From assembly GCA_963705165.1 (NCBI GenBank), contig CAVPJD010000024.1, forward strand, positions 1-64,000: a stretch of 64,000 bases of DNA, given 5' to 3'. Position 1 is the first letter of the stretch; every line of letters begins with the position of its first letter. This document shows, in pieces, positions 20,106 to 30,601 of the stretch. This stretch comes from an uncultured delta proteobacterium (lineage in GTDB: Bacteria > Desulfobacterota > Syntrophia > Syntrophales > UBA2192). Made by a program: the position numbers and the translations under genes. The notes below the pieces were generated by a model that saw nothing but the letters and a program-made list of their open reading frames with translations, did no database searches and had not been told where the DNA came from.

Positions 20106-20756
20106 TCACTTGATTTTATCGATATCCGTTTCCTTGCCCACAACGATGAGGATCTCGCTGTCCTTGACGACGAAATTGGCTGCCGGGACCATGTTGATCT
20201 TCTCCGTCAGCGTGTCGCGGACGGCAATGACATCGATGTGATACTTGCTGCGAAGCTGAATCTCCGCGAGGGACTTTCCGATGAAGCCGGAGGGAGGTGC
20301 AATCTCGCAGATCATGTAGCCGTCGGCCAGCGGGATATAATCGAGGACGTTGGGCGACACGATGCTCTTGGCGATCTTGTCGGCCATGATCTTTTCCGGG
20401 ATGATGACCTCGGTCGCGCCGACCTTTTCCAGGATCAGTTTATGCTCCTCGTTGGGCGCCTTCACGATTATATTCTTGATCTTCATCTGCTTGAGATGCA
20501 GCGTGATCAAAGTGCTCGCCGCCAGATCTTCCCCGAAGGAGACAATGACGATGTCGTCCTCGCGAAGGCCGATGGAGTTCATGAGCTCCTGGTCCGTTCC
20601 GTCGGCAACGATGGCCTTGGTCGCGCAGTCTCTCACCTTCTGGACGGCCTCTTTCGTCTTGTCGATGGCGATCACCTCGACGCCGCTTTTGCAGAGCTCC
20701 TTCACGAGGTTGATCCCGAAGATGCCCAGCCCGACCACGACAACCCGCTTTTTCAT
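20106..20756 (-). CDS. TrkA/KtrA potassium uptake RCK subunit
   Basis: VVGLGIFG Rossmann motif; LEKVGATEVIIPE; TrkA-C domain. Confidence 0.92.
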   Translation of the reverse strand: MKKRVVVVGLGIFGINLVKELCKSGVEVIAIDKTKEAVQKVRDCATKAIVADGTDQELMNSIGLREDDIVIVSFGEDLAASTLITLHLKQMKIKNIIVKAPNEEHKLILEKVGATEVIIPEKIMADKIAKSIVSPNVLDYIPLADGYMICEIAPPSGFIGKSLAEIQLRSKYHIDVIAVRDTLTEKINMVPAANFVVKDSEILIVVGKETDIDKIK

Positions 20757-20768
20757 GGGAAAGCCTCC

Positions 20769-22142
20769 TTACCCGACCATGACGGTCTCTTCCGCGAAAA
20801 CCACACGTTTCTTTCCCTCGCGGAACGAGAGCGAGAACGCCAGCGTCAGCGGCCCCACCCTGCCCGCAAACATCATGAACGCGATCAGCAGCTTCTGGAT
20901 GTCGGTGAGCTTCGCCGTGACCCCCATGGAGAGGCCCACCGTGCCGAAGGCCGAGATGGTCTCGAAAATGTATTCCACGAACAGCTGGCGCCCCTGGGGC
21001 CCCGATTCGACGTGCCCCGCCACCATGACCACGGCGACGATAAAAAAAACGGAGAGCATCGAGGCAAAGGTGATGGACAGGGTCCGGCCGATCAGCTCCT
21101 TCGGCACGGTCCGGTTGGAAACGGTCACCTCTTCGCTGCCGCGCCAGCGGTTCCACATCATGAGCAGAAGAAGGGCAAAGCTCGTCGTCTTGATCCCGCC
21201 CGCCGTCGAGCCGGGCGAGCCCCCGATGAACATGAGCACGAGCATGAGCAGAATCGTGGCATTGGTCAGCTGGCCGATGTCGACGGTGTTGAACCCCGCC
21301 GTACGGGGCGTAATGGATTGGAAAAGCGAGACCAGGACCTGCGTAAGGGGGGACATCCCCCGGAGAATGGTCTGCTCCTCGAAGAGCCAGAAGAGAGCCG
21401 CCCCGGAAACAATGAGACCGGCGGTGGTGATCAGGACGATCCGGCTGTGCAGCGACAGCCTGGCATTCCTGTCTCTCAAGCGGGCAAAGACCTCGTGGTG
21501 AACGACGAATCCGATCCCGCCCAGGATGATGAGCATCAGGACCGTGAAGTTCAGGAGCAGGTCCCCCTGGTAGCGGATGAAGCTGTCGGGAAAGAGGGAA
21601 AACCCGCAGTTGTTGAAGGCCGAGATGGCATGGAAAACGGCGTAATAGAGGGCTTTTGACGTCGGGAATTCCTGGGAGAAGCGGATGAAAAGGAGCAGCA
21701 CGCCCACGGACTCGATGATGAGCGTCGAGAGGATCACCGACTTGAGGATGAAGAAAAAATCCCGCCGGGGCGTGTGCAGGAACGTGCTCTGGACGATCTC
21801 GCGCCCCTTGAAGGAAATCCCGCGGCCCATGATCCCGAAGAGGAAGGCCGAGAACGTGATGATGCCGAGCCCCCCGAATTGGAACAGGCAGATGAGGATC
21901 ACCTGCCCCGCCGTGGAGAGGTCGGTACCCACATCCACCGTGGCAAGCCCCGTCACGCAGACGGCCGAAGCCGACATAAAGAGGGCATCGACGAAGCGCA
22001 ACTCAATTGTCGAGGCAAAGGGAAGCCAGAGCAGAATGGCGCCGGCCAGGACAAGGCCGGCGAAGCTGAGGATGAAGATCCTCGCAGGGGTAAGGTGTCT
22101 CGAGAGGGACCGAGCCGGGCTGTTGGAAAACTTATTTTGCAT
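20769..22142 (-). CDS. TrkH/KtrB potassium uptake permease
   Basis: SAVCVTGL, SAFNNCGF, RTAGF, GSTAGGIK, SAFGTVGLS. Confidence 0.93.
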   Translation of the reverse strand: MQNKFSNSPARSLSRHLTPARIFILSFAGLVLAGAILLWLPFASTIELRFVDALFMSASAVCVTGLATVDVGTDLSTAGQVILICLFQFGGLGIITFSAFLFGIMGRGISFKGREIVQSTFLHTPRRDFFFILKSVILSTLIIESVGVLLLFIRFSQEFPTSKALYYAVFHAISAFNNCGFSLFPDSFIRYQGDLLLNFTVLMLIILGGIGFVVHHEVFARLRDRNARLSLHSRIVLITTAGLIVSGAALFWLFEEQTILRGMSPLTQVLVSLFQSITPRTAGFNTVDIGQLTNATILLMLVLMFIGGSPGSTAGGIKTTSFALLLLMMWNRWRGSEEVTVSNRTVPKELIGRTLSITFASMLSVFFIVAVVMVAGHVESGPQGRQLFVEYIFETISAFGTVGLSMGVTAKLTDIQKLLIAFMMFAGRVGPLTLAFSLSFREGKKRVVFAEETVMVG

Positions 22143-22152
22143 AAGGGAGCAT

Positions 22153-22235
22153 AAAAAAACACGCCTTCATCGCTAATCAAGGAAGAAGGCGCTGTCATTT
22201 CGGCTGTTTATACGCCAGCCTGCTCCCGCCGTCAA
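22153..22235 (-). promoter_or_regulatory. Sigma70 promoter followed by a terminator hairpin upstream of ktrB
   Basis: TTGACG-N17-TATAAA (22235-22207); gcgccttc...gaaggcgt plus U7 (22192-22153). Confidence 0.55.
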
Positions 22236-22255
22236 TTGAATATTTTCATCCGGCC

Positions 22256-23050
22256 TCAGAGCAAAGCCGCTTTGAGGGAGGCGGCATAGGCCTCCAGGTT
22301 GCCGACCAGTCCGGACCGGCCCGCATGCTCACCGATGAGTTTCACGAAGGCGCTCCCGACGACAACACCGTCGGCCGCATTGCCGATCTGGCGGGCCTGC
22401 TCGGGCGTGGAAACACCGAATCCGACGACGACGGGGAGTTTCGTCAGAGCACGGATCGCCCCGACGTTCTTGCGCGTTTCCTCCAGCTCGGGGCCCCTCG
22501 TGCCCGTCACCCCCGTCACCGAAATATAGTAGATGAAACCCGAGGACGCTTTCACAACCTTCCTGACCCGCTCGCCCCCCGTTGTGGGCGCCACCAGTGA
22601 AATGAAATCGATGCCCGCCGGGTCTGTCTGACTGCGCAGCTCCCCCGCCTCCTCGGCGGGCAGGTCCACCACGAGCACACCGTCAACACCGGCGTCGGCG
22701 GCCCGCTTTGCAAAGGGCCCGCTTCCCATGGAGAAGATCGGGTTGTAGTAGCTGAAGAGCACGAGCGGGATCTCCACGGTGCCTCGCAGCTCACTGATGA
22801 GATCGAGCACCCGCGGGAGTGTCGTGCCGCTTTCCAGCGCCGCCTGGGATGCCGCCTGGATCACGGGCCCGTCTGCCGTGGGGTCCGAGAAGGGGACCCC
22901 CACCTCCACGATGTCCACTCCGGCCCTCGCCAGGGCGGGGATCAGCGCCCGCGTCGTCTCGAGGTCGGGGTAGCCCGCCGTGAGGTAGGCCACGAGGGCC
23001 TTTTCGCCTTTCCTCTTAAGTTCGGCAAATTTATTTTCGATGCGCTTCAT
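22256..23050 (-). CDS. trpA: Tryptophan synthase alpha chain
   Basis: EVGVPFSDPTADGPVIQ, GFIYYISVTGVTG. Confidence 0.96.
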   Translation of the reverse strand: MKRIENKFAELKRKGEKALVAYLTAGYPDLETTRALIPALARAGVDIVEVGVPFSDPTADGPVIQAASQAALESGTTLPRVLDLISELRGTVEIPLVLFSYYNPIFSMGSGPFAKRAADAGVDGVLVVDLPAEEAGELRSQTDPAGIDFISLVAPTTGGERVRKVVKASSGFIYYISVTGVTGTRGPELEETRKNVGAIRALTKLPVVVGFGVSTPEQARQIGNAADGVVVGSAFVKLIGEHAGRSGLVGNLEAYAASLKAALL

Positions 23051-23155
23051 AAACCTTATCTCCCTGAAAGGACAAATCCCCCTCTTTCACCCTCACTCTG
23101 ACCCTCTCCTCTCAAGGGAGAGGGAAACGAAGGAAAAGTTTTTCAAAGGGGGATT

Positions 23156-24340
23156 TTAGATTTTAGTTTCTTCGATGATCCCCGCGTCCTTGTCCCCCCG
23201 TCCCGAGAGGTTGATGACGATGATCCGGTCGCTCTTCAGCGTGGGCGCAAGCTTCATGGCATAAGCGATTGCGTGGGCGCTCTCCATGGCAGGGATGATC
23301 CCCTCGCAGGCGCACAGGGTGCGGAAGGCCTCCAGGGCCTCTCCGTCCTCGACGGAGACATAGTCGGCGCGCCCCGTCTTCTTGAAATAGCTGTGCTCGG
23401 GCCCCACCCCCGGGTAGTCGAGCCCCGCCGCCACCGAGTGCGCCTCCCGGATTTGCCCTGCGTTATCTTGTAAAAGATAGGTCTTGTTGCCGTGAAGCAC
23501 GCCGATACGCCCCGCCGAGATGGAGGCCGAATGCTTCTCCGTGGCGATACCGAGACCCGCCGCCTCGACACCGATCAGCTTCACGTTTTCGTCGTTGCGG
23601 AAGGGGTAGAAGATCCCCATGGCGTTGCTCCCGCCGCCCACGCAGGCGATGATGCAGTCGGGCAGGCGCCCCTCCTGCTTGAGGATCTGCCGCCTCGCCT
23701 CGCGGCCGATGACACTCTGAAAATCCCTGACCATCATCGGGTAGGGGTGAGGGCCCGCCACGGAGCCGATGATGTAGAAGGTGTCGCGGACGAAAGTCAC
23801 CCAGTGGCGCATGGCCTCGTTCATGGCGTCCTTGAGGGTGGCCGACCCGGCGGTGACAGGCACCACCTCAGCACCGAGGATCTTCATCCGCAACACGTTG
23901 GGGGCCTGGCGGCGGATGTCCTCCTCGCCCATGAACACGCGGCAGTCCATCCCGAAAAGCGCCGCCACGGTGGCCGTGGCCACCCCGTGCTGGCCGGCGC
24001 CCGTCTCGGCGATGACGCGCCGCTTGCCCATTCGCCGGGCGAGCAGGGCCTGGCCGAGGGTATTGTTGATCTTGTGGGAGCCCGTGTGGTTGAGGTCCTC
24101 GCGCTTCAGGTAGATCTTCGCCCCGCCGAGCTTTTCCGTGAGGTTTTTTGCCAGGTACAGCGGCGTTTCCCTCCCCGAGTATTGCCGGAGGTAGTAGTGC
24201 AACTCCTCGCGAAAGGCCTTGTCCTTCCGGCTCTGCCGGTAGGCGGCCTCCAGCTCCAACAGGGCCGGCATGATCGTCTCGGCCACGTACCGGCCGCCAA
24301 AAACCCCGAAATGCCCTTTCCTGTCGGGCAGCGATGGCAT
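23156..24340 (-). CDS. trpB: Tryptophan synthase beta chain
   Basis: [38 protein letters not shown]. Confidence 0.97.
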   Translation of the reverse strand: MPSLPDRKGHFGVFGGRYVAETIMPALLELEAAYRQSRKDKAFREELHYYLRQYSGRETPLYLAKNLTEKLGGAKIYLKREDLNHTGSHKINNTLGQALLARRMGKRRVIAETGAGQHGVATATVAALFGMDCRVFMGEEDIRRQAPNVLRMKILGAEVVPVTAGSATLKDAMNEAMRHWVTFVRDTFYIIGSVAGPHPYPMMVRDFQSVIGREARRQILKQEGRLPDCIIACVGGGSNAMGIFYPFRNDENVKLIGVEAAGLGIATEKHSASISAGRIGVLHGNKTYLLQDNAGQIREAHSVAAGLDYPGVGPEHSYFKKTGRADYVSVEDGEALEAFRTLCACEGIIPAMESAHAIAYAMKLAPTLKSDRIIVINLSGRGDKDAGIIEETKI

Positions 24341-24419
24341 CTTCACGTCTTTCTCTCCTTTCAATCCTTCCGCAGGACTCCCTTGAGGGGAGAGGGTCGG
24401 GGTGAGGGTGAATGATCCC

Positions 24420-25085
24420 CTACCTCAATTTCCTGAAAATGTCCTCTCTAACATCCAGAGCCGCCGAGAGGTCGTATTTTTTCACGGCAGCAATGACCGA
24501 CCGTATCTTTTCATGATCTTTCTTTCCGGGCGCTGTCTCGACGCCGCTCGAGATATCCACGGCCAGCGGGCGCACTGCCTCCAGGGCCGCAATGATGTTC
24601 TCATCGCTGAGCCCTCCTGCGAGGATGAGGGGATGGCGCGCCGCCGCTCTGTTAGCCAGGTTCCAGTTGCAGGTCTTCCCCGTGCCGCCGAAACGGACCG
24701 GGTCGTGGGCATCGACGAGAAAGGCCCTCACCGGGTAATCGGCCATCGAAACAAACTCTTCTTCGCTCCGGAAGGACAGGGCCTTGATCACCCTTTCGCG
24801 GGGGAACCGAAGGCAGTACTCCCGCGTCTCCGCGCCGTGGAGCTGGATGAAGTCGAGCCCGCAGAGCTCTGCGGTACTTAAGACTTCCTCGGCAGCGAGA
24901 TTCACGAAGACTCCCACCGTGCACACAGCCGGTGGGAGCGATCCGATGATTTCCCTCGCCCGGCCGGGCGTCACATAACGGGGGCTTGCGGGGTGAAACA
25001 CGAATCCCAGGGCGTCGGCCCCGGCCGAGGCAGCCGTCAGCGCATCCTCGATATTCGTGATCCCGCAGATCTTGATCTGAACCAT
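24420..25085 (-). CDS. trpF: Phosphoribosylanthranilate isomerase
   Basis: [25 protein letters not shown]. Confidence 0.95.
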   Translation of the reverse strand: MVQIKICGITNIEDALTAASAGADALGFVFHPASPRYVTPGRAREIIGSLPPAVCTVGVFVNLAAEEVLSTAELCGLDFIQLHGAETREYCLRFPRERVIKALSFRSEEEFVSMADYPVRAFLVDAHDPVRFGGTGKTCNWNLANRAAARHPLILAGGLSDENIIAALEAVRPLAVDISSGVETAPGKKDHEKIRSVIAAVKKYDLSAALDVREDIFRKLR

Positions 25086-25220
25086 CTTTCGTCTGTTCCG
25101 TCTGTTCCGTCTCAGCAAAAGGGTCTCGGGTATCGGGTCTAGGGTATCGGGAAGGAAACAAAATGTTTTTTAGAAATTTCTTCAGTACTTTCGAACCCTG
25201 TACCCTGTACCCTGTACCCT
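25086..25220. repeat. Nonamer and heptamer tandem repeats with inverted arms between trpC and trpF
   Basis: gtctgttcc x2; gggtctc/gggtatc arms; ccctgta x3. Confidence 0.75.
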
Positions 25221-25995
25221 AGTCCCTGCCGAGCAGCTCCCTGAGTTTCTTCCCCACATCTTTCTCCCTCATCAGGCTCTCGCCGATCAGAAAGGCGTGG
25301 ATGCCCCCACCCATCAGTCTCTCGATGTCGCCGCGGCTGCTGATCCCGCTTTCACTTACCACCGTGACATCCTTCGGGACCATACGGGTAAGCCGGATAC
25401 TCACGTCGAGGTCCGTACGAAAGGTGGCAAGGTCTCGGTTGTTGATCCCCACAATCCTCGCCCCCGAGGAGACGGCCTTTTCCACGTCGGCCTCGTTGTG
25501 GACCTCCACGAGGGCCGCAAGGCCCAACTCCGATGCAAAACCGAGAAATTCCTGCAATTGCCCCTGCTCCAGAATTCTTGCGATGAGAAGCAGCGCATCT
25601 GCGCCCAGGACACGGGTCTCGAAGATCTGGTAGGGGTCGATGATGAAGTCCTTTCTCAGCAGCGGCAGCCCAACCACACTGCTGATCTGAGGCACGTAAG
25701 CGGCGTTGCCCTCGAAGAACTTCCGCTCTGTCAGGATGGAAATAGCCGAGGCGCCGTTATCCTCATAGATGCCGGCAATCCCGACAGGGTCGAAATCTTT
25801 CCGAATTCTGCCCTTCGATGGCGAGCTCCGCTTGACCTCGGCGATGACCGCGCAGTCCCGGTCCCGGATCGCTCCTTCGAAATCACGGGTCGGGGGCCTG
25901 TCGGCAAACATCTGACGCAGCTCGCCGAGGGGCAGGATCCCCTTCTGCCGCGCCACTTCTTCCCGTTTGTTCTCGACGATTTTCTGCAGGATCAT
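25219..25995 (-). CDS. trpC: Indole-3-glycerol phosphate synthase
   Basis: IAEVKRSSPSKG, LRKDFI, GINNRDL, SESGI. Confidence 0.96.
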   Translation of the reverse strand: MILQKIVENKREEVARQKGILPLGELRQMFADRPPTRDFEGAIRDRDCAVIAEVKRSSPSKGRIRKDFDPVGIAGIYEDNGASAISILTERKFFEGNAAYVPQISSVVGLPLLRKDFIIDPYQIFETRVLGADALLLIARILEQGQLQEFLGFASELGLAALVEVHNEADVEKAVSSGARIVGINNRDLATFRTDLDVSIRLTRMVPKDVTVVSESGISSRGDIERLMGGGIHAFLIGESLMREKDVGKKLRELLGRD

Positions 25996-25996
25996 C

Positions 25997-26130
25997 TTGG
26001 TCTATTTCGTCTATTTCGTCTGTTTGGTCTATCTGGTCTTTTTAGTCTTTCTGGTCTGTTACCTGTTACCTGTTACCTGCTACCTGTAGCCTGATTTTCT
26101 GTACCCTAGACCCTATACCCGATACCCTGT
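25997..26130. repeat. Stacked short tandem repeats (gtctatttc-type nonamers, tacctgt and taccctr heptamers)
   Basis: Three repeat types fill the whole trpD-trpC gap. Confidence 0.8.
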
Positions 26131-26133
26131 TTT

Positions 26134-27144
26134 TCAACTCCGGCTCATCTCGATGAGGGCCTGGAGCTTTTTGATCGCGGCGCCGCTGTCGATGCACTCC
26201 TCGGCCACCTCGATCCCTTCGGGGATCGTCTGCGCCTTCCCACCGGCCACAATGGCCAGGGCCGCGTTCAGGACGACGATCTTGCGCCGCGCTCCGTCAT
26301 CGCCGGTGAGGACGGCCTTGGTGATCTCGGCGTTTCTCGAGGCATCGCCGCCGAGGAGCGCCTCGCCGCCGTATATCCTTCCGAAGTAATCGGCGGGGTT
26401 GATGTTGTAGGTCGTAACAGTCCCGTCCTTCAGCTCCGAGACCCTCGTCTCTGCCGTCACGGTGGCCTCGTCGAGGCCATCGGCCCCGTGGACGATGAAG
26501 GCCCGCTTCGTGCCCAGGTTTTTCAGCACGCCGGCAAACATCTCCGTGAGCTTCGGGTCGTAGACGCCGATGAGCTGGGCCGTGGCCGAGGCGGGGTTGG
26601 TCAGCGGGCCCAGCATGTTGAAAATGGTCCGCAGCCCGATCTCGCGGCGGGGCCCGATAGCGTACTTCATGGCCCCGTGGAGCTTCGGCGCAAAGAGAAA
26701 TCCGATGCCGATCTGCTGGACGCACTCCTCGACGATCTCGGGCGGGGCGTCGATGTTGACGCCGATGGCCTCGAGCACATCGGCGCTCCCGCAGCTGCTG
26801 GAGACGGCGCGGTTGCCGTGCTTGGCCACCGTGAGCCCTGCCGCCGCGACGACGAAGGCCGCCGTGGTGGAGATGTTGAAGGTGTTGCGGCCGTCACCCC
26901 CGGTGCCGCAGGTGTCGACGATGACGGGCGAGCGGGCGTCGATCCGTGTGGCCTTGAGGCGCATGACCCGGGCGGCGCCGGTGACCTCGGCGATGGTTTC
27001 CCCCTTCATGCGCAGGGCCGTGATGAATGCCCCGATCTGGGCCGGAGTGGCCTTCCCCTCCATGATCTCCGTCATGGTCTCCGTCATTTCCGCTTCCTGG
27101 AGGTCGATTCCCTGGACGACCTTTGCCAGTGCTTCTCGGATCAT
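26134..27144 (-). CDS. trpD: Anthranilate phosphoribosyltransferase
   Basis: [24 protein letters not shown]. Confidence 0.96.
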   Translation of the reverse strand: MIREALAKVVQGIDLQEAEMTETMTEIMEGKATPAQIGAFITALRMKGETIAEVTGAARVMRLKATRIDARSPVIVDTCGTGGDGRNTFNISTTAAFVVAAAGLTVAKHGNRAVSSSCGSADVLEAIGVNIDAPPEIVEECVQQIGIGFLFAPKLHGAMKYAIGPRREIGLRTIFNMLGPLTNPASATAQLIGVYDPKLTEMFAGVLKNLGTKRAFIVHGADGLDEATVTAETRVSELKDGTVTTYNINPADYFGRIYGGEALLGGDASRNAEITKAVLTGDDGARRKIVVLNAALAIVAGGKAQTIPEGIEVAEECIDSGAAIKKLQALIEMSRS

Positions 27145-27148
27145 GATG

Positions 27149-27736
27149 CTATTCTCCTTTCCCGTTCCCGGTGACCATTTCCAGGAAGTTTCTCAGAATT
27201 CGTTTCCCGTTCGGCGTGAGGACCGACTCGGGGTGGAACTGCACCCCCTCCAGGGGGTAGTGGCGGTGACGAAGCCCCATGACCTCGCCCTCCTCCGTCT
27301 CGGCGCTCACCTCCAGGAAGGGCGGGAGCGTGTCTCGCTGCACGAGAAGCGAGTGATAGCGACCCGCCGTGAGCGGGTTGGGCAGGCCCTTGAAGATCGT
27401 CCGGCCGTCGTTGAAGACGGGCGAGGTCTTGCCGTGCATCAGCCTGTCCGCACGGATGACCTCGGCGCCGAAGGCGTAGCCGATGGCCTGGTGCCCCAGG
27501 CAGATCCCCATGATGGGGACCCGCTCGTGAAACCGCCGGATCACCTCGACAGTGACCCCCGCCTCCTTCGGCGTGCAGGGGCCCGGCGAGAGAAAGATCG
27601 CCTCGGGCGCCATCGCCTCGATTTGATCGAGAGTGATCTCGTCGTTTCGGTGCACGGCCACGTCGCAGCCCAGCTGGCCCAGGTACTGGACCAGGTTGTA
27701 GGTAAAGGAATCGTAGTTATCGATCATGAGGTACAT
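27149..27736 (-). CDS. trpG: Anthranilate synthase component II (glutamine amidotransferase)
   Basis: [29 protein letters not shown]. Confidence 0.95.
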   Translation of the reverse strand: MYLMIDNYDSFTYNLVQYLGQLGCDVAVHRNDEITLDQIEAMAPEAIFLSPGPCTPKEAGVTVEVIRRFHERVPIMGICLGHQAIGYAFGAEVIRADRLMHGKTSPVFNDGRTIFKGLPNPLTAGRYHSLLVQRDTLPPFLEVSAETEEGEVMGLRHRHYPLEGVQFHPESVLTPNGKRILRNFLEMVTGNGKGE

Positions 27737-27753
27737 CTCATTTCTCCTTTGTC

Positions 27754-27892
27754 GTCATTGCGAGCCACTGACCCCGTTTTGGGACGGGGTTATCGATGGA
27801 AGAAACGGCCTTCAACTCGTAGGGCCCGATCCCCGATCGGGCCTGTTGGGCTCGCGTTTAGATCGCCACGGCGCTTCGCACCTCGCGATGAC
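27754..27892. repeat. GTCATTGCGAG...CTCGCGATGAC palindromic element with nested GTAG-type REP
   Basis: Terminal inverted arms 27754-27764 and 27882-27892; inner gtagggcccgatccccgatcgggcc at 27819-27843. Confidence 0.65.
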
Positions 27893-27899
27893 ACCGGAT

Positions 27900-29402
27900 T
27901 TAATCCTCCGACAATTCAAACCCCCTCGCTGCCAGCCTCACGGCCTTCATCATCGCGGCGGCCTTGTTGAGCGTCTCCTCGTACTCTTTTTCAGGATCGG
28001 AATCGGCCACGATGCCTGCGCCGGCCTGGATCGAGAGATTCTCGCCCTGGAGGACCATCGTCCGGATCGTGATGCAGAAGTCCATGTTCCCCGTAAAGCT
28101 GAGATATCCCACGGCACCCCCGTAAGGGCCTCGCCGGGACGGTTCCAGTTCGTCGATGATCTCCATGGCGCGGATTTTGGGCGCCCCCGACAGCGTCCCC
28201 GCCGGGAAGGATGCCCGCATCACATCGAAGCAGTCCTTCCCCTCGGCAAGCTGGGCCCTCACGTTCGAGACGAGGTGCATGACGTGGGAGTAGCGCTCGA
28301 CGATCATGTACTGGTTGACCTGGACGCTCCCGATCGCCGCGATCCTTCCCAGGTCGTTTCGCCCCAGGTCGACGAGCATGACGTGCTCGGCCCGCTCCTT
28401 GGGGTCCTCGAGGAGTTCGTCAGCCAGCATCCGGTCCTCCTGTTCCGTCTTCCCCCGACGCCGCGTCCCCGCGATGGGCCGCAGCTCCGCAAAACCGTCC
28501 TCGACACGGACCATGACCTCCGGAGAGGAGCCGATGAGGTGTACATCCTCCATCTTCAGGAAGAAGAGGTAGGGCGAGGGGTTGACAAAGCGCAGTGCCC
28601 GGTAGAGATCCACGGGGTCGACGGGGTTTTTCGCCGAGAAGCGCTGCGAGATGACCGCCTGGATGATGTCGCCCGCGCCGATATATTCCTTTGACCGGCG
28701 GACCATCTCCTTGAAAGCCCCGGGCGTCATGTTGGACTCGAATTCCACGTTCTTGCGGAAATCCCCGTTTCTTATGAGCAGCGGCTTGATGGGCTCCTGG
28801 AGCAGTGCAATCATTCGATCGATCTTCGCCGTCGCCTCGGCGTAGGACCCTTCGAGGCAACCCTGCCCTTCGTCGCAGCGGGCCGAGGCCACCACCTTGA
28901 TCGTGTGGCGGATATTGTCGAAGATGATGAGCGTGTCCGTGACCATGAACACGGCGGCGTCCAGCCCGCCTTCCGCATGGGGGCTTTTCGCCAGCCGCTT
29001 CTCGAAGTAGCGCACCATGTCATAGGAGAGAAAACCCACGGCCCCGCCGCTGAAGCGCGGAAGCCCGCTCACGGTGACGGGCCGGTATCGGGCGAGAAGC
29101 TCCTTCAGGACCGCCAGGGGATCGCCCCCGTGGGGGATCTGCATCAGGTGCCCATTGCTGCGAACCTCCACCTCCTCGGGCTTCACACGGACCACGGCCA
29201 GGGGGTCGGCGCCCAGGAAGGTGTAACGGCCCCATTTCTCGCCGCCCTCGACGCTCTCCAGCAGAAAGGCGTAGGGGCGCTTGCGGATCTTCAGCAGGGC
29301 CGTCACCGGCGTCTCCTCGTCGGCGAGGATCTCCCGGTAGACGGGGATGAGATTGCCGCGTTTCGACAGTTCCTTGAATTCATTAAATGACGGTTGGTAC
29401 AT
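27900..29402 (-). CDS. trpE: Anthranilate synthase component I
   Basis: LLESVEGGEKWGRY, NPSPY, GSSPE, RPIAGT, KERAEHVMLVDLGRND, GAPKIRAM. Confidence 0.96.
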   Translation of the reverse strand: MYQPSFNEFKELSKRGNLIPVYREILADEETPVTALLKIRKRPYAFLLESVEGGEKWGRYTFLGADPLAVVRVKPEEVEVRSNGHLMQIPHGGDPLAVLKELLARYRPVTVSGLPRFSGGAVGFLSYDMVRYFEKRLAKSPHAEGGLDAAVFMVTDTLIIFDNIRHTIKVVASARCDEGQGCLEGSYAEATAKIDRMIALLQEPIKPLLIRNGDFRKNVEFESNMTPGAFKEMVRRSKEYIGAGDIIQAVISQRFSAKNPVDPVDLYRALRFVNPSPYLFFLKMEDVHLIGSSPEVMVRVEDGFAELRPIAGTRRRGKTEQEDRMLADELLEDPKERAEHVMLVDLGRNDLGRIAAIGSVQVNQYMIVERYSHVMHLVSNVRAQLAEGKDCFDVMRASFPAGTLSGAPKIRAMEIIDELEPSRRGPYGGAVGYLSFTGNMDFCITIRTMVLQGENLSIQAGAGIVADSDPEKEYEETLNKAAAMMKAVRLAARGFELSED

Positions 29403-29566
29403 GTTTATTGCCTTTTCTAATCTCCCCCTTTCGCAAAGGGGGATGAAGGGGGATTTGATTCTGTTGTCATAATGAAAAAGGCCGTGCTCCTGTTGAGCCC
29501 CCTTCCCTGATCTCCCTCTCCCCTCCGAGGGAGAGGGTTGGGGTGAGGGGGACTTTTGCAATGCTG

Positions 29567-29655
29567 AAAAACAAAAAGGCCGTGCTCTTTGCACGGCCTT
29601 TGGTTTTTATGGCACAAAAAAGCCGTGGAGCATCCTCGGGGTTTACCACGGCCTT
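29567..29655 (-). terminator. Two tandem attenuator terminators of the trp leader
   Basis: ggccgtgg...ccacggc plus U-run (29655-29616); aaaggccgtgc...gcacggccttt plus U-run (29601-29567). Confidence 0.8.
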
Positions 29656-29674
29656 GATCAGTCAATTGATGTTC

Positions 29675-29749
29675 TTATGGCAGCAGGCAAACCCCTCCTA
29701 TGAAGTTTCGCCACCACCAGCTGTTTTTCGAAAGGATTGTTCTGTGCAT
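29675..29749 (-). CDS. trpL: trp operon leader peptide MHRTILSKNSWWWRNFIGGVCLLP
   Basis: Hand-translated 24-aa ORF with three consecutive TGG; GGAG RBS; upstream of terminators and trpE. Confidence 0.9.
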   Translation of the reverse strand: MHRTILSKNSWWWRNFIGGVCLLP

Positions 29750-29772
29750 CGTTACCGCTCCAAGTGCTATTG

Positions 29773-29801
29773 TTTATAGCAAGACTTCCGCTGCCTGTCA
29801 A
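29773..29801 (-). promoter_or_regulatory. Sigma70 promoter of the trp leader
   Basis: TTGACA-N17-TATAAA. Confidence 0.8.
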
Positions 29802-29868
29802 CGAAAAGATGGAAGTCAGGAAGCTATGAAGAGCGGAAGATCGGAGTCGATGAAAGATTTCTTTTTTC

Positions 29869-30435
29869 TTAATAGTATAGCCTCGGTGACACAACCCTCC
29901 CCTGCTCATCGACATCAACCCCTTCCTGCATCAGCAGTGCCTTCTTCATGGCAAGTCCTCCCTGGTATCCGCCGAGCGTCCCGTCGGAGCGGATCGCGCG
30001 ATGGCATGGTATCACGATCGGAAAAGGGTTTGTCGCCAGGGCATTGCCCACGGCGCGGGCGCCCCCGGGAATGCCCAGATGGGCTGCGATTCTCCGGTAC
30101 GTGCTCACGGAGCCCCGCGGGATGCCATATTCCACCAGAAGGACTCTCTGCTGAAACGGGGGACAGAGATCGAGTTGCACATGCCCGAGCGCAAAACGGA
30201 CATCGGCGCCGTCGAGAAACGCCGCGATCCGCCTTGCCAGATCGTCGATGAGGCTGCAGGAGAATGGGAGCGAATCCGGGAACTGTTCCTTCAGGCTCAT
30301 TTCTGCCGGCTGCCCCGGTCTAGAGATCAGGATCTGCCGGACCACGGGTCTGTCCGACCGGGTCTCCCACAGGATGACGGCAGTGCCGAAGCGCGTCTTG
30401 TGCACGACATGGCAACACGGAATTTCCCTTTGCAT
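29869..30435 (-). CDS. ogt: Methylated-DNA-protein-cysteine methyltransferase
   Basis: IPRGSVSTY, ARAVGNA, NPFPIVIPCHR; start uncertain. Confidence 0.88.
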   Translation of the reverse strand: MQREIPCCHVVHKTRFGTAVILWETRSDRPVVRQILISRPGQPAEMSLKEQFPDSLPFSCSLIDDLARRIAAFLDGADVRFALGHVQLDLCPPFQQRVLLVEYGIPRGSVSTYRRIAAHLGIPGGARAVGNALATNPFPIVIPCHRAIRSDGTLGGYQGGLAMKKALLMQEGVDVDEQGRVVSPRLYY

Positions 30436-30601
30436 GAATCCTGTCCCCGTGCCTCCAGTACCAGCCGGTCTTTTCAGGCGGTCCTTGATCGTCCGCATCG
30501 AAGAAAACGATTGCACGCCTGCCCCGGGAAAGCAACGAGGCGGCTCCCTGACGGCGCCGCCCCGTTCACTGACCCGTGGGAAACACAAACATCTCCGGTG
30601 G

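Noticed and set aside
25997..26130. Possible CRISPR array
   Set aside because: 7-9-nt tandem units with no spacers and no cas genes
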